A DNA stretch of 64,000 bases, taken from contig NC_045697.1 of assembly GCF_009834535.1 (NCBI RefSeq), positions 96,412,001 through 96,476,000 on the forward strand, given 5' to 3'. Each line of letters opens with the position of its first letter. The first letter of the stretch is position 1. The translations under genes were made by a program, and so were the position numbers. The notes beneath the pieces were generated by a model. It did not search any database. It had not been told where the DNA came from and saw only the letters and a list, made by a program, of their open reading frames with translations. Below, piece by piece: positions 39,250-54,179 of the stretch. This DNA comes from Camelus ferus (lineage: Eukaryota).

Positions 39250-42200
39250 AAAAATTGTTTGATCTACTCATACATCCTCTAATGCCAATCCTGCAGAATG
39301 GAAGAAATTTTTATCTATTGTGATAGATCTATTTGAGATCAGGTCTAATATTGAAATATATCAGGAATGATTTGGTTCACAAATTAACAGACTACTTGCC
39401 ACTGTCGTTATTAAAAGCATTGAATTGTTTTACATAATTAGAGATCAGAGATCCGAAATGTCATAGTTGACACAGTGCCACAAATGTCATTAAGAACCTA
39501 GTTCTCTTAATTATTTCACTCTCCTGTGTATGTTGCCTTTATTTGACCTTTTGGGTTGCCCATCTCAAAGAAATGTAACGTATTTTTAGAAAGGAAGTAG
39601 AAAGAATAGGTGAAAAGCCTTGGAAACTGGAATAAAAATAATTTTAACCATTACCAGGAACCTGAATATACACCAGAAACCATTTTAGTTCTATGAGACT
39701 TACTCTTGTGGCTCATTGACAGTAACTAAGCTATATGGCCACTTAATCAGACAATAAATTCATATTTTAAATTTTTAATTGAGAATGAGCTAAAGTTTAT
39801 GCCTGTATAATGGTTAACTTTATAGTGAACACTAAAGAATAAAAATAAAAAGGAAGAATAATTTTGAATGATTAACTCTCATCATTAAATTATTTAAAAG
39901 GTACAAATATAATGTTGTAAAATACATGGCATATGAATTAGATAGACCATGCACTCCATAAAGAAAAGCCCCCCAACTAAGATGAGGGAAAAGAAATTAC
40001 ATGTTCCTATTTTTAAGATACTATAAAAAGCTAAGACCAAAATTCATTATTCATGGATTTTTACATATTCAAAACACTGTCATTATTATTTGGTGAGGAA
40101 TAGACTAACAGTTATACCATCAAGGACACATAGAAAATGTGTTTTCTCCGAATTAGCTTTTATCAAGTTGACTATAGCTCCAAGACATACATTAGTTTAG
40201 GAAGAGATGATTTATATAGATTCCAATAATAGGCTGGCTGTCCTGGGTAGCAATCAATAGAGACTTTTTCTTACATTATTCACTTTGTCATTTATGCTAA
40301 CATACAGACAAAGATCATTGTGCAAGTTTATAAAGAGATAGTTTTGGCATATTAAAATAATGCTTTTAAAAAGAACTTTCTACTTTAGTGAAGTATATTT
40401 TTAATGACCTTATAGAATTAACTAACAGTCTTTTAAATCACAGCAACAGCTATCTCATTTTTCACCCTTATTTAAATATTCCCCTTCACAGAAACTACTT
40501 CATTAATTCTTTGCCAGTTTGAGATGCTTACCTACCGAATGCAATTGAATGCAGATTTTTAATTTCATCTAGATTTTGGTAGTAATGATAATGAAAATAT
40601 GCTTATTATATTTAGCATCAAAACAGTAAGACTGTGCTCCCTAAATAGGTTCAGGGTATTTTTTTTTGGCTGAGGTGAGCAGTATAGTGGCAGGGAGGGG
40701 GAAGGGACAAATTGAAGAGATTGGAAGATTACACTCTTAACTAGTAAACCATATTACTTTTTCTTGTATACCTTTGTTCACACTCTTAATAATCTTTATT
40801 CAGACAAATCTCTTAAAGGGATCTTTGGTTCTTGCTTCCTTAAAATACATTCTTAATATAAAAAAATTAAATTTTAAAACAATTAGCTTGAGTTTATTCT
40901 TTATGGAGGTAAAGTAGGGAAAAGTGTGGAAAAGAATATCTGTATATATAATGATTAGTTACTGACATTATTTTACAAAATAACTTGTAGCATTTTTCAC
41001 CTGAGATACAAATATTCCAGGCTCCCCCATATAATTTTAGGTGTACTTATGAAAAAAAATCTCTAAACAGCTATTTCAAATGTCCTATTCATTAAAGTAG
41101 TAACTTCCTGTAAACTATATAAATTTTTATTAACATAAAAGAATATAAAAATCATTTTCAGAAAAAAACAATATAACAAAACAAATTAATAAAATATGAA
41201 ATATTCTATATGTGTGGAAGCATGGGATATTGGAAAATTATTTCATAAAGCAACTTCCACAGGTCTTGGGAAATACAAATTAGTAAAAAAAAAAAAAAAA
41301 AATTGTATACACCCAGTGGCTTTGGGACAGAGTAGCCATAAATTCATGCCTTCAGCCAAAAACAACTACAAAATATAGCATAATGAAAATTTCAAGTACA
41401 GATTAGCAAGTGATGACTATTTTTACTATGCTAGATTCAACTTCATCCATTGCAGTTGAGAACTTGAAATAATTTGACAGCACAATTTTTTATATCAGGA
41501 AGGGAAGTGGGTATCGTACTAAATCTTCTGCAAAAGATTGCACAGGATCATTGAGAAATCTCTCTCCCTCTCCTAACTGTTTTTATTATAAAGTGCTTCT
41601 CATTTTCAAATACTGAAGGAATACAAGATTAGATAAAGAAGAAAGTAATGCTTGCTTGTAATTCAGCCTTTCAGAGATAACTTATTTCAAAATACTCTCA
41701 AGATTATTGGCCTTCCTCTCTCCCCACCCACCCCCCACACTTCCTTCATTTCACATTTTTAATGATTTCATGAATTGCTTAAAAATATTTCTGATGCATG
41801 TACAGAAGCTCTGGTTTGTTTCTGGAGATGATGGCACTAATAGATCCCATTTTAAATCATGGAATATGAGATATGTTTTCACTAGTCTTAAATATATTTC
41901 TGGCAAGACTATTTCACTTCCTGGCATACTCACTTTCTGACTGTCCTAAATGACTGTTATATCTCTGTCTTCAGTACTCCAACATCGTTTGAACTCTGCT
42001 TACTCTTACCTGATGCTTTTGCCATATAATTTAGAAAATATAAATGAGCATTTGAAAGCATCTGATCATCTAGCCTTCCACCACAAAACCTGTCAAAACA
42101 CCAGCATCCATGTGTGGTGGCCAGCTGTATATAAGAAATCTTTGTACCCTCCTCTTAATTTTTTGTAAAAAGAAAACTTCTCTTAAAAAGTGTTCAAAAA

Positions 42201-42558
42201 AAGGTTTGTATAAAGATAGTATTTTGGCTGAATATTAAGTGGCGATATTTTATCTTTTCCCCCATTTCTTATGCTTTTAAGGATTCATCAACAGTATTTG
42301 CATTCTCTGTAACCTTAGAGAAAAGGCATATAGAATGTGTGTTCTGAGAATTTTATGATTACAAAGGCAAACTTCAACTTCTGTTTACTCTGAGCCACAA
42401 AACACAACCACTAAGATGCTCACAGAATGTCATTCACACAACAGTATAGACCTTTGCATTTATTCTCTCTTAATGGTGTGTTCATTGTATTTCATTATCA
42501 GTCCTGTCCTTCCCAAACTCCTGAGATGCTCATGTTAATCCAACCCCACTGAAGCTAC

Positions 42559-43270
42559 TGATCCACTGCCCCGAGAGGGAAGGGGGCAGGGCACAGCCAC
42601 TAAAAGAATGATACAGCAGTTAGCACCACGATGGTGGAAGATTCAACTTCAGGTAGATTTTGAGCTTCAGTATAAGCTCATTGAAATACAACAGCATGCT
42701 AAATGACACTCCCACAGGTGCTAGGACAGTTTCAAGGCTGACCATAAAAGGTCACTAAAGTGAGTGATGGCCCAGTTCCTGGGAATTCCAGCCCCTTCCC
42801 TGAAGTAGTTGGAATAATCCTCCCCACTTGCTGGCATATGAAGTTACCCAGCCTGTAAAAACAAACAACTTCCACACCTGGTGGCTGATCTCATTTTTCT
42901 TAGCTGGCCCCATGCTCTAAGGTCACTGCTTTTCCTTCTGAGTAATATCACCTGCATTCTGCCTATGGAATGTGCATCTCCTAGGCCTTTCTCTTGCTTT
43001 TTTGAGATGGCCCACACTCTGAGTGTGTATCCACTTTCACTTTAACACTGGCCACCAATGCCTCATGGCCTCTCTGGCCGTCTGAGATGGCCTACACTCA
43101 GTCTATGGAATGTCCATCTCTCTGAATAAATCTACTTTTACTCCACCATGACATGCTCTTGAAATCGTTCTTGCACAAAGCCAAGGACCCTCACTTGGCA
43201 AGGCGGTCCCAGAGACTCAGCTGCGACCTGGGACATGGCCATCCTCTCATGGCCTGTTCTTCCTGTATCA
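42559..43270 (+). mobile_element. Solo ERV1-class LTR
   Basis: tgat...atca termini; TSD ctac/ctat; AATAAA at ~43125; internal repeats gagatggcccacactc. Confidence 0.85.
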
Positions 43271-44150
43271 CTATCACTTTTTAATTTTCACCCTTTATTA
43301 TGTCTGAATATGACCCCATCTCAACACTATAAATTTTCTCTCCTGTAAATCCTCCAAATGAAAATATACATAATGAAGAGCATGTGATCAAGCCCTCTCT
43401 CCTGTGTCTGGATGTCTGTTTGCTACCCCTGTTCTCTGGGGATGATAAACTCTAGCCACCAAGGTGTGGAAGCTGAAAACCAGTGTCAGTACCAGGGAAA
43501 CTGCTTCCTAGTCCAGGATCCACAGTTTTACAAACTAACTAGATGGTGCCATTTCAGTGCTCAATTTTCTTCATCCACAAAGTAGAAATAGAATTTTTAT
43601 TTTAAAAAAAAATCATGAACAGAGACTCTTTAAAAAGTTAATCTCAAACTACATCTTTCATTAATAAGATTGAAGCAAGAGCTGACTGTCAGTGAAATGG
43701 TGAAAACTCCTATAATGCTGTAGCATCCCCTGGAGTGGATTAGAATAAAGCACAGATTGAAAGGGAAGCACTGGCTTATGCAGAAGCTAGAGAACTTGAA
43801 TGACATGTGGGCAATGTTTAAAGATTGTGTACATCTGACTAATCTAAGTTGGAAGTCAAATAGAGAATTATATGTCCAAGTTTTTCTGTATAGCATGCTT
43901 TGAAAGCCGAAGGCAGGTATGGTGGATACATTCACTTCCTCCAGCTACATAGCAGACTATGTTGATATCAGGCACAAACATGTATCATGAAACTGGCAGT
44001 GTTACAAATTAAACTGTTTTTTCCACCTCAAGTGCCCAAACTGTGGTAAAATAAGAGTTCCAACAGTTGGACACCTAAAACTAGAAGAAAGATGATCTGC
44101 ACACTTGCATATTAATATTGGTATCTATATTTCAGTTTGTAGATTAGCAC

Positions 44151-44650
44151 TGTTACTCAGTCCAAACTCATCCTGCTGGCTGCATGACAGGCCAATAAAT
44201 AAGAAGACAAGGTGTTGGGGCGAGGAACAGTGACTTTATTCAGAAAGCCAGCAGACAGAGAAGATGTCCTAGAAAACCATCTTACCTAAGTCAGAATTCA
44301 GGCTCCTTTTATACTAAAAAGGAGAGGGAGTGTTGTTGTTTGTTATAAATTTCTTGGAGTCAGAATCCTTTGTTCTTGCAGCTGTCCATGTAGGTCAGGT
44401 CATGATGTTCCTATAAACCTCTAACAAAACAAATGTTCTCAGTTTTGCAACTTTTTATCTCTGTATGAATGGAAAAGTGTTAGACCCTTGTTAGAGCCTT
44501 GACTATGGGCTGGCCTGTATACTTTGGGCTATAAGCAACATTCTTTTACAAAAAGTGCAGAGTCAGCATGACTAAGCACAGGAAACAGCACAGGGTTAGA
44601 GCTAAAGGAACAGATCTAATATGGAGTCAGATTTGTTCTTCCCTATTATA
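44151..44650 (-). mobile_element. Solo ERV1-class LTR
   Basis: tgtta start; TSD gcac/gccc; minus-strand AATAAA (tttatt ~44235) and TATA (ttttata ~44308). Confidence 0.8.
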
Positions 44651-45589
44651 GCCCCAGATGAAAGTACATTGGGCAGGGACCTATCTGTAATATTGAGGAC
44701 ATGTTTGGTGATGATGCCTGATAGTGATAGAGGTTATGGAGAAAGACTAACATTTATTGAAAACTGATATGTGCCATAAGTGTTCTAATCTCTATGCAAT
44801 AGGATCATAATACTACCCATTTTGTGGATGGAAACTTAGATTCCATTAAATCTTTTGCCCGAAACCAAAAATTTAGAAATCCTAGAGCCAAAATTTCAGT
44901 CTAGTTATTTTGGCTCTACTACACCGTGTAAGAAAAAAAAAATGCTTTGTGTAATGTAAATGAATTTGGGCTTTGCCTTAAGGACTGTTGATGCCTTTAA
45001 ATATCTGAAACAGCTTTGATTTAGGAGTTTGGAATTCATTTTAGTATTCACAGAAAGGGTATTTTTCTGCTTTAGAATACTTATGTGCATATTTATGTGA
45101 AGATGGGGATAAATAGACATATTTCAGAAGACTTTTGAGGTAGAAATTAAAATTCTCAGAGACTGATTAGATAAGGAATGAAATTAATCAGGTATAATGT
45201 TCATAGTATTTAAAAACTAACACAGCATTAAGTACCAATCGATCAGATTGAATGGCAAATCAGTAAGAACAAACAGAGCAGCTTCACAATACTAGGGTGT
45301 CCTGGCTCATTATCAGCTCTGGGTAAATGGAAGAGGCTGAAAATGTGTAGGCCACGTTTTTGACTTAAGTGAACACGGTTTTTTGTGACTGGGACATACT
45401 TGTGTACTGAACTATAACATGGGCTTATTCCTTTCACAAAGCAGTTTTGTGTTAGCTTCTTAGAGATTTATTGTGAGGAGAAAATAAAATATAACATTTT
45501 TGTTAATTTTCTAGAAAAAAATGGGTCAGAAATATTTGAAAAGATTTGACTTTGTACAGGAAATGTGTATTTAAAATAATGCCTTAATT

Positions 45590-46085
45590 TTTTGAGGTAT
45601 TGATATACAGCATATTAGTGTCAAGTGTAAAACATAAGGGTTCTATATTTGTGTATATTAAATGATCACCACAATAAGTCTAGTTAACATCCATCTACAC
45701 ACCTAGTTAAATAATTTTGTGTGTGATGAGAACTTTGAAGATTTACTCCCTTAGCAACTTTCAAATATGCAATGCAGTATTAACTCTAGTGGCCACAAGG
45801 TATATTACATCCCCATGATTTGTTTATTTTATAACTGAAAGCTTGTACCTTTTGACTATCTTCACTCATTTTACTTACCTCACAACCCCTGCCTCTGGCA
45901 AGTATCAGTCTGTTCTCAATATCTGTGAGCTTATGTGCGTGTTTGTTTTTTAGATTTCACATATAAGCAATATCATGTGGTAGCTGTCTTTCTGCCTAAT
46001 TTATTTTGCTTAGCATAATATCCTCAAAGTCCACTTATGTTGTTACAAATGACCAGATTTCATTCTGTTTTATGACTGAATATCT
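45590..46085 (-). mobile_element. L1MA-type 3' end
   Basis: tgtgatgagaactttgaagatttactcccttagcaactttcaaatatgcaatgcagtattaac. Confidence 0.85.
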
Positions 46086-46205
46086 TTCTTGAAGTTTTAT
46101 TGTGTTCTAAAATATATATACCAGAGAAGAGATGCATAAAAGAAATATATTTGGAACAAAGGTGTCTATTAATAACATCAGTGTACATTAAATTAGACAT
46201 AACAT

Positions 46206-46345
46206 GGGGAGAGATGATAGCTCAGTGGTAGAGTGCGTGCTTAGCATACATGAGGTCCTGGGTTGAATCCCTAGTACCTCCATTAGAAAAATAAATTAAA
46301 AAAATGAATAAACTTAATTACCTCCCCTCCAATTTTTTTTAAAAA
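46206..46345 (+). mobile_element. tRNA-derived camelid-type SINE (Vic-1-like)
   Basis: A-box tagctcagtggtaga, B-box gggttgaatccc, A-rich tail with aataaacttaattacctcccc. Confidence 0.85.
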
Positions 46346-48451
46346 TTAGAACTTCAATGCAAAAATATATCAGAATATTTTGACAACTTATGGTAAACCA
46401 GTATGATGCTATACACAAAACACTTATTGTTGGAATTATAAATAAATACACCCACACCAAAAAAGGTATAAATTCATTTTGTATCTATTAGTGGGTATGT
46501 TAGTTACATTACAGGCAGTCTTGCTCCAGCTATCTCTCTTCAGTAAATGATCCGAGGTAGAACTATGACAGAAGACCATGGAAGAGTAATAAAAATAGAA
46601 GGACAATCAATGTTGTGTACAACTTCCGAGGTCTTTGCTTCAAATGTTAGTGTAATAAATTGGTACAACTTATTTCAGGATAATTTGCCAATAACAAATT
46701 TAAATGTACATACATATATATACACACATATGTGCTCAAGAAACCACATGAACAGATGCTAATTATATCATGATTTTTAATAGTATACAACATTAAAATC
46801 AACTTAAGTATACACAGGTAGACAACAAAAAATGTTTTGTATACCCTATGCCAATACACAATTAAATCTAAAACAAGTATTGAAATGAACAAGTTAAATA
46901 TGATTGCTGACCCACAGATATGTTCATCAATGTATTGTTAAGTGACAAAAGGAATTTTTTAGTATTATATAGTATGAATGATTCCTTTGGTGAAGCTGAG
47001 AAATGAATTCTATTCTTAGGACTCCAAGGCTGCTCTGTGTTCTACTATCCTCTGATGCCTTCCAGCCATATTAACAAAAATTAGCATAAATATAGCCCTT
47101 GTGCCTTAGATTCCCCTGATACAAAGAACCTCTGATTAATTTCAGATTGGGGCATGGGTGCCTGACAATATAGATCATCCTTAATTTGATTTAAGTTTCT
47201 GCCAAATCCCAGGAGAATAAAATAAACCATTGAACTTGTTTATCCTGACAAATGCATTCATAAACACTTATAAGGAAATGCTTATAATGCAATTAAGAAA
47301 GAATGCTAATTACAGGAAAACAACATCGCTAAACATTACACCTATATTGGAATATTGTTTTAGCCTTTTAAATAATCACGTATGTGGGAAGCATTGGAAT
47401 AGGAAGGACAGAAGGAGGAATAAATGAAGGGAGAGAGGACATAAAGATTAAGTGAGGGAGTAGGGGTTAACTTTGTTTTGCAAAATCTTCAATAAATGGT
47501 TCTCACATACTTTTAAAAAATCTATGCCCCATCCACATTCTTTTAAGCATGTCATAAATGAATGAACTGAATTGCTTGATTTTTCTCTGTAAGTGCTCTC
47601 TAGTTTCTGTTTCCATGCCTTTGTTCCTTTTATACCTCCACAGACATGTCCTTTCCCAAATATTTGTCTAGATCTTACCTGATGCTAAGGAGAAACTCAG
47701 ACCACACATTTCACAAAGCCTTTCTTGATTAAACACCTTACCAGTCAAACCCCCAGGGGAATAACATGTGACTGTATACAACAATATTTTATCCAGAACT
47801 TTTAACATGTAACCTATCCTACAAGTGCTGGTAAGTATTTTGGTTTTTAATTTGTCTCTAAATAAATAACATTCCTCATTTTTCATTTTCATTTTAAAAA
47901 GATATTAATGTTCTTTGGATTGTAGTTTTTGCTTTTAACAGTTTATTATTTCTGAAGTGTGCTTGCCTTTTTAGAGTTTTAATGAATCACTTGAAACTTC
48001 GTTTTCCTTTGAAGTTTTTACAAAGCAGTAAGTTTGATTGTTGCTTAATGAAACAATGACTTTATAGTATCATACACATGTTAGATTAAAATAAATTCTA
48101 TTTTGTCATAGGTACCATCACCACTGTTTGAAAGATATTTCCACATGATATTTTAACTTGATTTCATTTATTCCATAGATATTATAAATCTATACAAGCT
48201 GCTCACTGAAACTCTGTCTTAAGGAATCCTACAGGCTTAATATAGGCAAAATCAAAGTTACCCTGTACATCATTACAGGAAATGGGTTCCAAAGTTGCTT
48301 TTGGACATAAAACAGTTTGACCTAATCATTATATACTATATAATATTAAAATGTTATGCATTAATGTTATACATTATATATTTTATATTAATGTATGTAT
48401 AATTACTTAGAAAATAACAAGTTGAGGTTACTGGCATTTTCATTTCATGCA

Positions 48452-48645
48452 CAGTTGACCCTTGAACAATGTGGGGGTGTTATTCCATATGTGACTTATA
48501 GTTGATCCTCCATATGCTCGGTTCCTCTGCCTCTGTAGATTCATCCAACCACGGACCATGTAGTTCTGTAGCATTTACTACTGAAAAACATTCCTGTATA
48601 AATGGACCCCATGGAGTTCAAGCTGCATTGTTCAAGGGCCAACTG
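48452..48645. mobile_element. Tigger2/MER8-like MITE
   Basis: TIRs cagttgacccttgaacaatg / cattgttcaagggccaactg. Confidence 0.9.
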
Positions 48646-49734
48646 CATTTACTTTTGGCATCTATAGATGTAGAATTACTTTTCCTGAGGTAGGTAAGAC
48701 AAGCCTCCTTGATGCAGTGAGGTTTTCATGATATTAAGGTTCTCACCTATTTTATTCTACCAGATGATAATAAAGCCAGGTTTTGGTATATTTGAATATT
48801 CATAAATGTGTTATAGATTGTATTTGGTAGACAAGATTTGCTCTATTCTTCTATTTGATTGTATCTAGCAACATTTGGTTACTATTTCTAATTCCCCTCC
48901 ACAAACTTCATAGCTACCCCAATAGTCACCATCTTACCAAATGGTACCCCCACACACCCCATTGCAAGGCCTATAGCATCTGATCTTTGACTCTTCTAAG
49001 CTTATTATACTGTTATCTTTGTCTTGTACTTTGACCACACTAGTCTTCGTTTCCCTTGAATCTGCTGAGCTCCTTCATAAGTTTAAATTTGAAAACCCAG
49101 TACCTGGAATAGAACCTGGTACATAGTAGCTGTCCAGTGAATAAATTAATTAATGCCTTACAACCATACATCTGAGGAAAAGTTGTGTTTTGGATGTTAC
49201 TAAGGGTAAAGAGGTGTGGTGATGCAGAAATTACAATGGTTCCACATGTCGACTATTTTTCAAAAGTTCAAAATAATAATGAACACCACTTCTTTAAGTC
49301 TTGAGTTACTATATTATAAAGATAGTAAAAAATAACTTTAGATTGTTATACACAGAAACACTTAGCTCAGGGCAAAGCAATATTATCATTTCAGTGAAGA
49401 ATGTTGCTGCTGCATTTGCTGCACATTGAGAGTTGGCTACTGTAGACTGCAGTTTTTGTGTAGATGATGGAGTGAAGGGCACCATTTGGATCATCCCCCA
49501 GACAAAAACGGTTACTGCTCTGTAATGATGGAGCAGCTGCTGTAGGCCACTAATTGTTGCTAGTTGTTTTGGCTTTTCCAACTTGAATAGGACTCTGAAA
49601 GAGAAACAGAGGGAGAAGAAAGCAAGAGAGAAAAAGAGGACAAAATATATTTCAAAGAGGACTGGGGCATGGGGAGATAAAGTAGACTCAGACATTATGT
49701 AGAAACAGATGGATATTTCCTGGAAGAGAGGATT

Positions 49735-49762
49735 GTGTGTGTGTGTGTGTGTGTCTGTGTGT
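49735..49762. repeat. (TG)n microsatellite
   Basis: Direct observation, one interruption. Confidence 0.95.
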
Positions 49763-51199
49763 GCATGTCTTTATCAGAGGTGTGAAAAAATTTTAACTCG
49801 GAAGTCATGTCTCCTTTTCATCACAGAACAAAGGCAGAGGAAGGGAAAATAGCCCCTGCAATGAAAATTAAGTGCTACGACTGCCAGCTCTCTTGGGTGG
49901 TTTGCCCAGTTTTTGAGGGGTTAAAAAAGTTACAAACCACAACACTTCACCTGCATCTTCATATGGGGCTTTGATGTTAGAACACAGCACTTGTTTTGGC
50001 ATGGATGAAATACTCAAGTTTACCTCATTAAGCTCCTCAGGGAAGTTAAGCTACCAAAGATGATTATTTTGACTTTAATTATACAATTTTTTAAAAAAAT
50101 AAAGCATGAGAAATGTATAGAAAAATACGTTTAAATTATTTTTAAAAATTTATACAGAAACCATTCCTGAGCCCATGTAATTGTAGTATAGCTACCAACA
50201 CATAAAACATTGATCTAATGTATTCATTAAGATAACCAACCAAGTTACAAACAGATGAAACATTTTGTTCATCAGAGCAACTGTATGGCTAAATATATAC
50301 AATATCGATTGAAATAAGCATCTTTAAATATGTTTATAAATATTATTTGATCCCTTTTCATACCATTATTTATAGTGTTTTTTCGTGTGCTATTCTAATA
50401 AGGCTCTTCTTAGCTGGACATGTCTGAGAAGCTAAAATCACAAATCTAATCAAGACTGGTCTGATCTGTTTCTACTTAGCAATTATTAACTAGAACTACT
50501 AACATTGTAGGTTAACAGCAAAATTTCAACTATCAAATTATTTAAGTCCAACATGAGTAAGATAAGTGTGTATATTTCTTTTATATTTTGAGGTGTTTCC
50601 TGTATTTTTTCTCAGTGACTAAAATTCTTCTATTGCTAGGAGCCAGGTGGGAGAAAATGGACCCTTATATTCCAGGCTTCTGGGCTTTAAACTGCATTTG
50701 TTCTAAAGAGAAATGTGACACTTATGTGTAGCATCAAAATTAACAGCATCACTATTTTACACTAGCTCAAGTTGTAGAGGGAAGCAGTAGCTATTAACTT
50801 AGTTTAAAAAATATCAATTCAAAGGGTTTTCTCTGTAGTTCGTCAGCCTCACCCAAAACTTTATACACCTTAAAATCAAGAGGTAATTTGAAAGCTATTT
50901 TTTAATCTACTTCCTGCAGTCAGTCAGCATTTCATGTTCATAACGTGTCCAAGATACATCAAATGCTTTGGCATCTCCTTTGCTGCTGCTGTAGGTCTTG
51001 TGACAGCCTGTGTTCTCACAATAGCTTCTTAATGCGTCTCTTCTTTCATCTCTTTGATTTGTTTTCCTAATCTATTAGCCTTATGAAGATGGGAAATACT
51101 CCCTAGAATTGTTTGTGTAAGTTTGAACTTACTTATTTCTTTTTAATTTGGTAGATAATCCTGTAAAACATTCTTGTATTCAATTTTTATTGGTTGTTT

Positions 51200-53790
51200 C
51201 CATATTTAAAAACACTTTGAGGTGAAATTCACATGACAAAATTAACAGTCAGGTGACATTAATACTTTCACAATGTGGTGCAACCACCAACTCTATTAGA
51301 TCAAGACTGTTTCAAGCATAAAAAAGTAAAACCATCTACCTCTTGAAACTTTCTCCCCATTTTCCCTTCACTCCACACCAGGCAACCACCTGTCTCTATG
51401 GATTTATCAATTCTGGATGCTTCATAAAAATGGAGCCACAGAATGGGTGACCTTTTGTGTCTGGCTTATTTCACTTAGCATAATATTTTGGAAGTTTATC
51501 CATGTTGTAGCATGTATCATAATGCACACCTTTATTAAATATGGTCAAGTAATGTTCCATTGTGTGTGTGTGTGTGTGTCTATCATAGTTGCTTTTTTTT
51601 AATCCATTCATCCATTGGTGGACATTTTGGCTCTTTCCACCTTCTGGATATTTTGAACAGTGCTGTAATGAATTTGTATGTACATATATTTACTTGAGTG
51701 CATATTTTCAATTATTTTGAGTATATTCTTTTGTCCCTAATAACACACAGTTTATTGAAGTATTATTTACCTGGTATCAATATAGGGGTCCTTAAGAATT
51801 TTTCTGATACATCTTTATATCTTAATTTTTTTACAATCTTAACCATTTTAAGTGTAGAGTTCAGTAGTGTTAAGTATATCCACATTGTTGTGAAACAGAC
51901 GTCCAGAACTTTTTCATCTTAAAAATCTGAAAAACTATACTTAGTAAACATTCCCTCCACTCTGTCCCCCCACCCCTCAGCTCCTGGTAAAACACAATTC
52001 TAATTTTTGTTTTATGAATTTGGCTAATTTAGATAACTCATAAAAACAAAAGAATATAGTACTTGTATTTTTGTGACTGGCTTATTTCACTTAGCATTAT
52101 ATCCTCAAGATTCATCCATGATGTAACATATGACCAAGAATAATATTCCATTGCCTATATATGCCACATTTTATTTATCCATTCATCCATCAGTAGACAT
52201 TTTGATTGTTTCCATCTCTTAACTGTTGTGAATGGTGCTGCTACAAACATTAGTGTACAAATATTTCTTCAAGACTCTGCTTTCAGTTCTCTTGGATATG
52301 TATCCAGAAGTGGGATTGCTGGATCATATGGTAGTGCTATTTTTAATTTTTTTGACAAAAATCCATACTGTTTTGCATAGTGGTTGCACCATTTTACAGT
52401 CTCACCAAAGGTGCATAAGGGTTCCAATTTCTCCACATTCTCACCAACACTTGTTATATTCTGTTTGTTTTTTTATATAATGGTCATCTTAATTGGTATA
52501 AGGTAATATATCTTTGTGGTTTTGATTTGCATTCAATAATTAGTGATGTTGAACATCTTTCCATATGCTTTGGCCATTTGTATATCATCTTTAGAGTAAT
52601 GTTCACATCCATTGCCCATTTTTAAATGGATTTATTTGATTTTCTGTTAAGTTTTAGTAGTTCTTTATATATTCTGGATATTAATCCCTTATCAGATATG
52701 ATTTACAGATATTTTCTCACATTCCCTAGGTTTCCATTCAATCTGTTGTTTATGTCCTTTGAATGAAACTTAAGTTTGATGTAGTTCTGTTGTCTATGTC
52801 TGCTTTTGTTGCATGTGCTTTTGGTGTCATACCTTAGGATAATTGCCAAAACCTTTGTATTTTCCTCTGGGAATTTTACAGTTTAGGCCATACATTTATG
52901 TCTTTAATTTATATTGAGTTCACTTTTATATATAGTGAAATATAAGGGTCCAACATCAATTTTTTGCATGTGGATATCCAATTTTCCTAAGTACCATTTG
53001 TTGAAAAGACTGCCCGCATTGAGTGGCACTGGCACCCTTGTTGAAGGTGATTTGTACACAAGAGTTTATTTCTGGACTCTGTTTCTTTCCATTGTTTTAA
53101 CTGTCTGTCTTTGTCAACACTAAACTGTTTTGATTACTGTAGATGTGTAGTATGTTTTTAAATCATGAAGTGAATCCTACAACTTTGTTCTTTTTCACAA
53201 TTGTTTAGCTATAAGGGATCCCTTGAGATTTTATACAAATTTTGACTTTTATTTTTATATTTCTGCCAAAAATGACACTGGGGTTTTGATAAGGATTCTG
53301 TTGAATCTGTAGATTGCTTTGTGTAGTATAAATATCTTAATTTTAAGCCTTTTAATGTACACAGGACGTCTTCCACTTATTTGTGTTTTCTTAAATTTCT
53401 TTCCACAGTGTTTTATAGTTTTCAGTGTACAAGTCTTTCACCATCTTGGTTACATTTATACCTAGGTATTTTTATTCTTTATGACTGTAAATGAAATTGT
53501 TTGTTTCCTTTTTGGATTGTTAATTGTTAGTATATGTAAGTGCCACTGATTTTTTTTTTTTTAGAAGTTAATTTTATATCCTGCAACTTCACTTAATTGG
53601 TTTATTCTAACAAGTGGTTTGCCTGAATGCACATGCAAGTTGCAAGTATAATTTTCTTTCTCCCTTTCCTATTTGGGTGCCTTTTATTTCTTTTTCCTGA
53701 TTGCTCTGGCTAGGGCTTCCAATACTATGTTGAATAGAAGTTGTGAAAGCAGGCATCCTGCTTTGTTCCTGATACTAGAGGAAAAGCTAG
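51200..53790 (-). mobile_element. Two L1 (L1MA/MB-type) 3' fragments, the second extending into ORF2
   Basis: tggcttatttcacttagcat occurs twice; ccagaagtgggattgctggatcatatggtag; ttccaatactatgttgaatagaag. Confidence 0.9.
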
Positions 53791-54179
53791 AAGGAGAGAG
53801 CACAGGAGCTAGAGAGGGGAAGTATGACATTGCTTGTATTTAACTGGAACAAGATAACATTTAAATTTACTGTGATTATTTATATATTGAGTTTTACTTC
53901 GGCCATTGTGTTAATGTATTCATTTTCCCATACTTTCTGGCCTTGACTTTTTCTCAACAGTTTTTAGATTTATTGCAGGTTTCTGTTTACATCCCTAAAT
54001 GTCCCTCTTCTCTTTTTGAAAAGCTGATTTTCATTTCTTTTCTTTTAAGCATTACTTGCAATTTTACCATGTGTATTTAGTTTTATAATCAGTGTCTTTA
54101 ATATATTTATCCCTATGAAAAGCATGTAATACAGGCCAAATACATTGACAATTTCACAACAAAGAAATTGAGGTTACAA

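Noticed and set aside
46206..46285. tRNA-like A/B boxes
   Set aside because: Head of a SINE with an A-rich tail, not a tRNA gene
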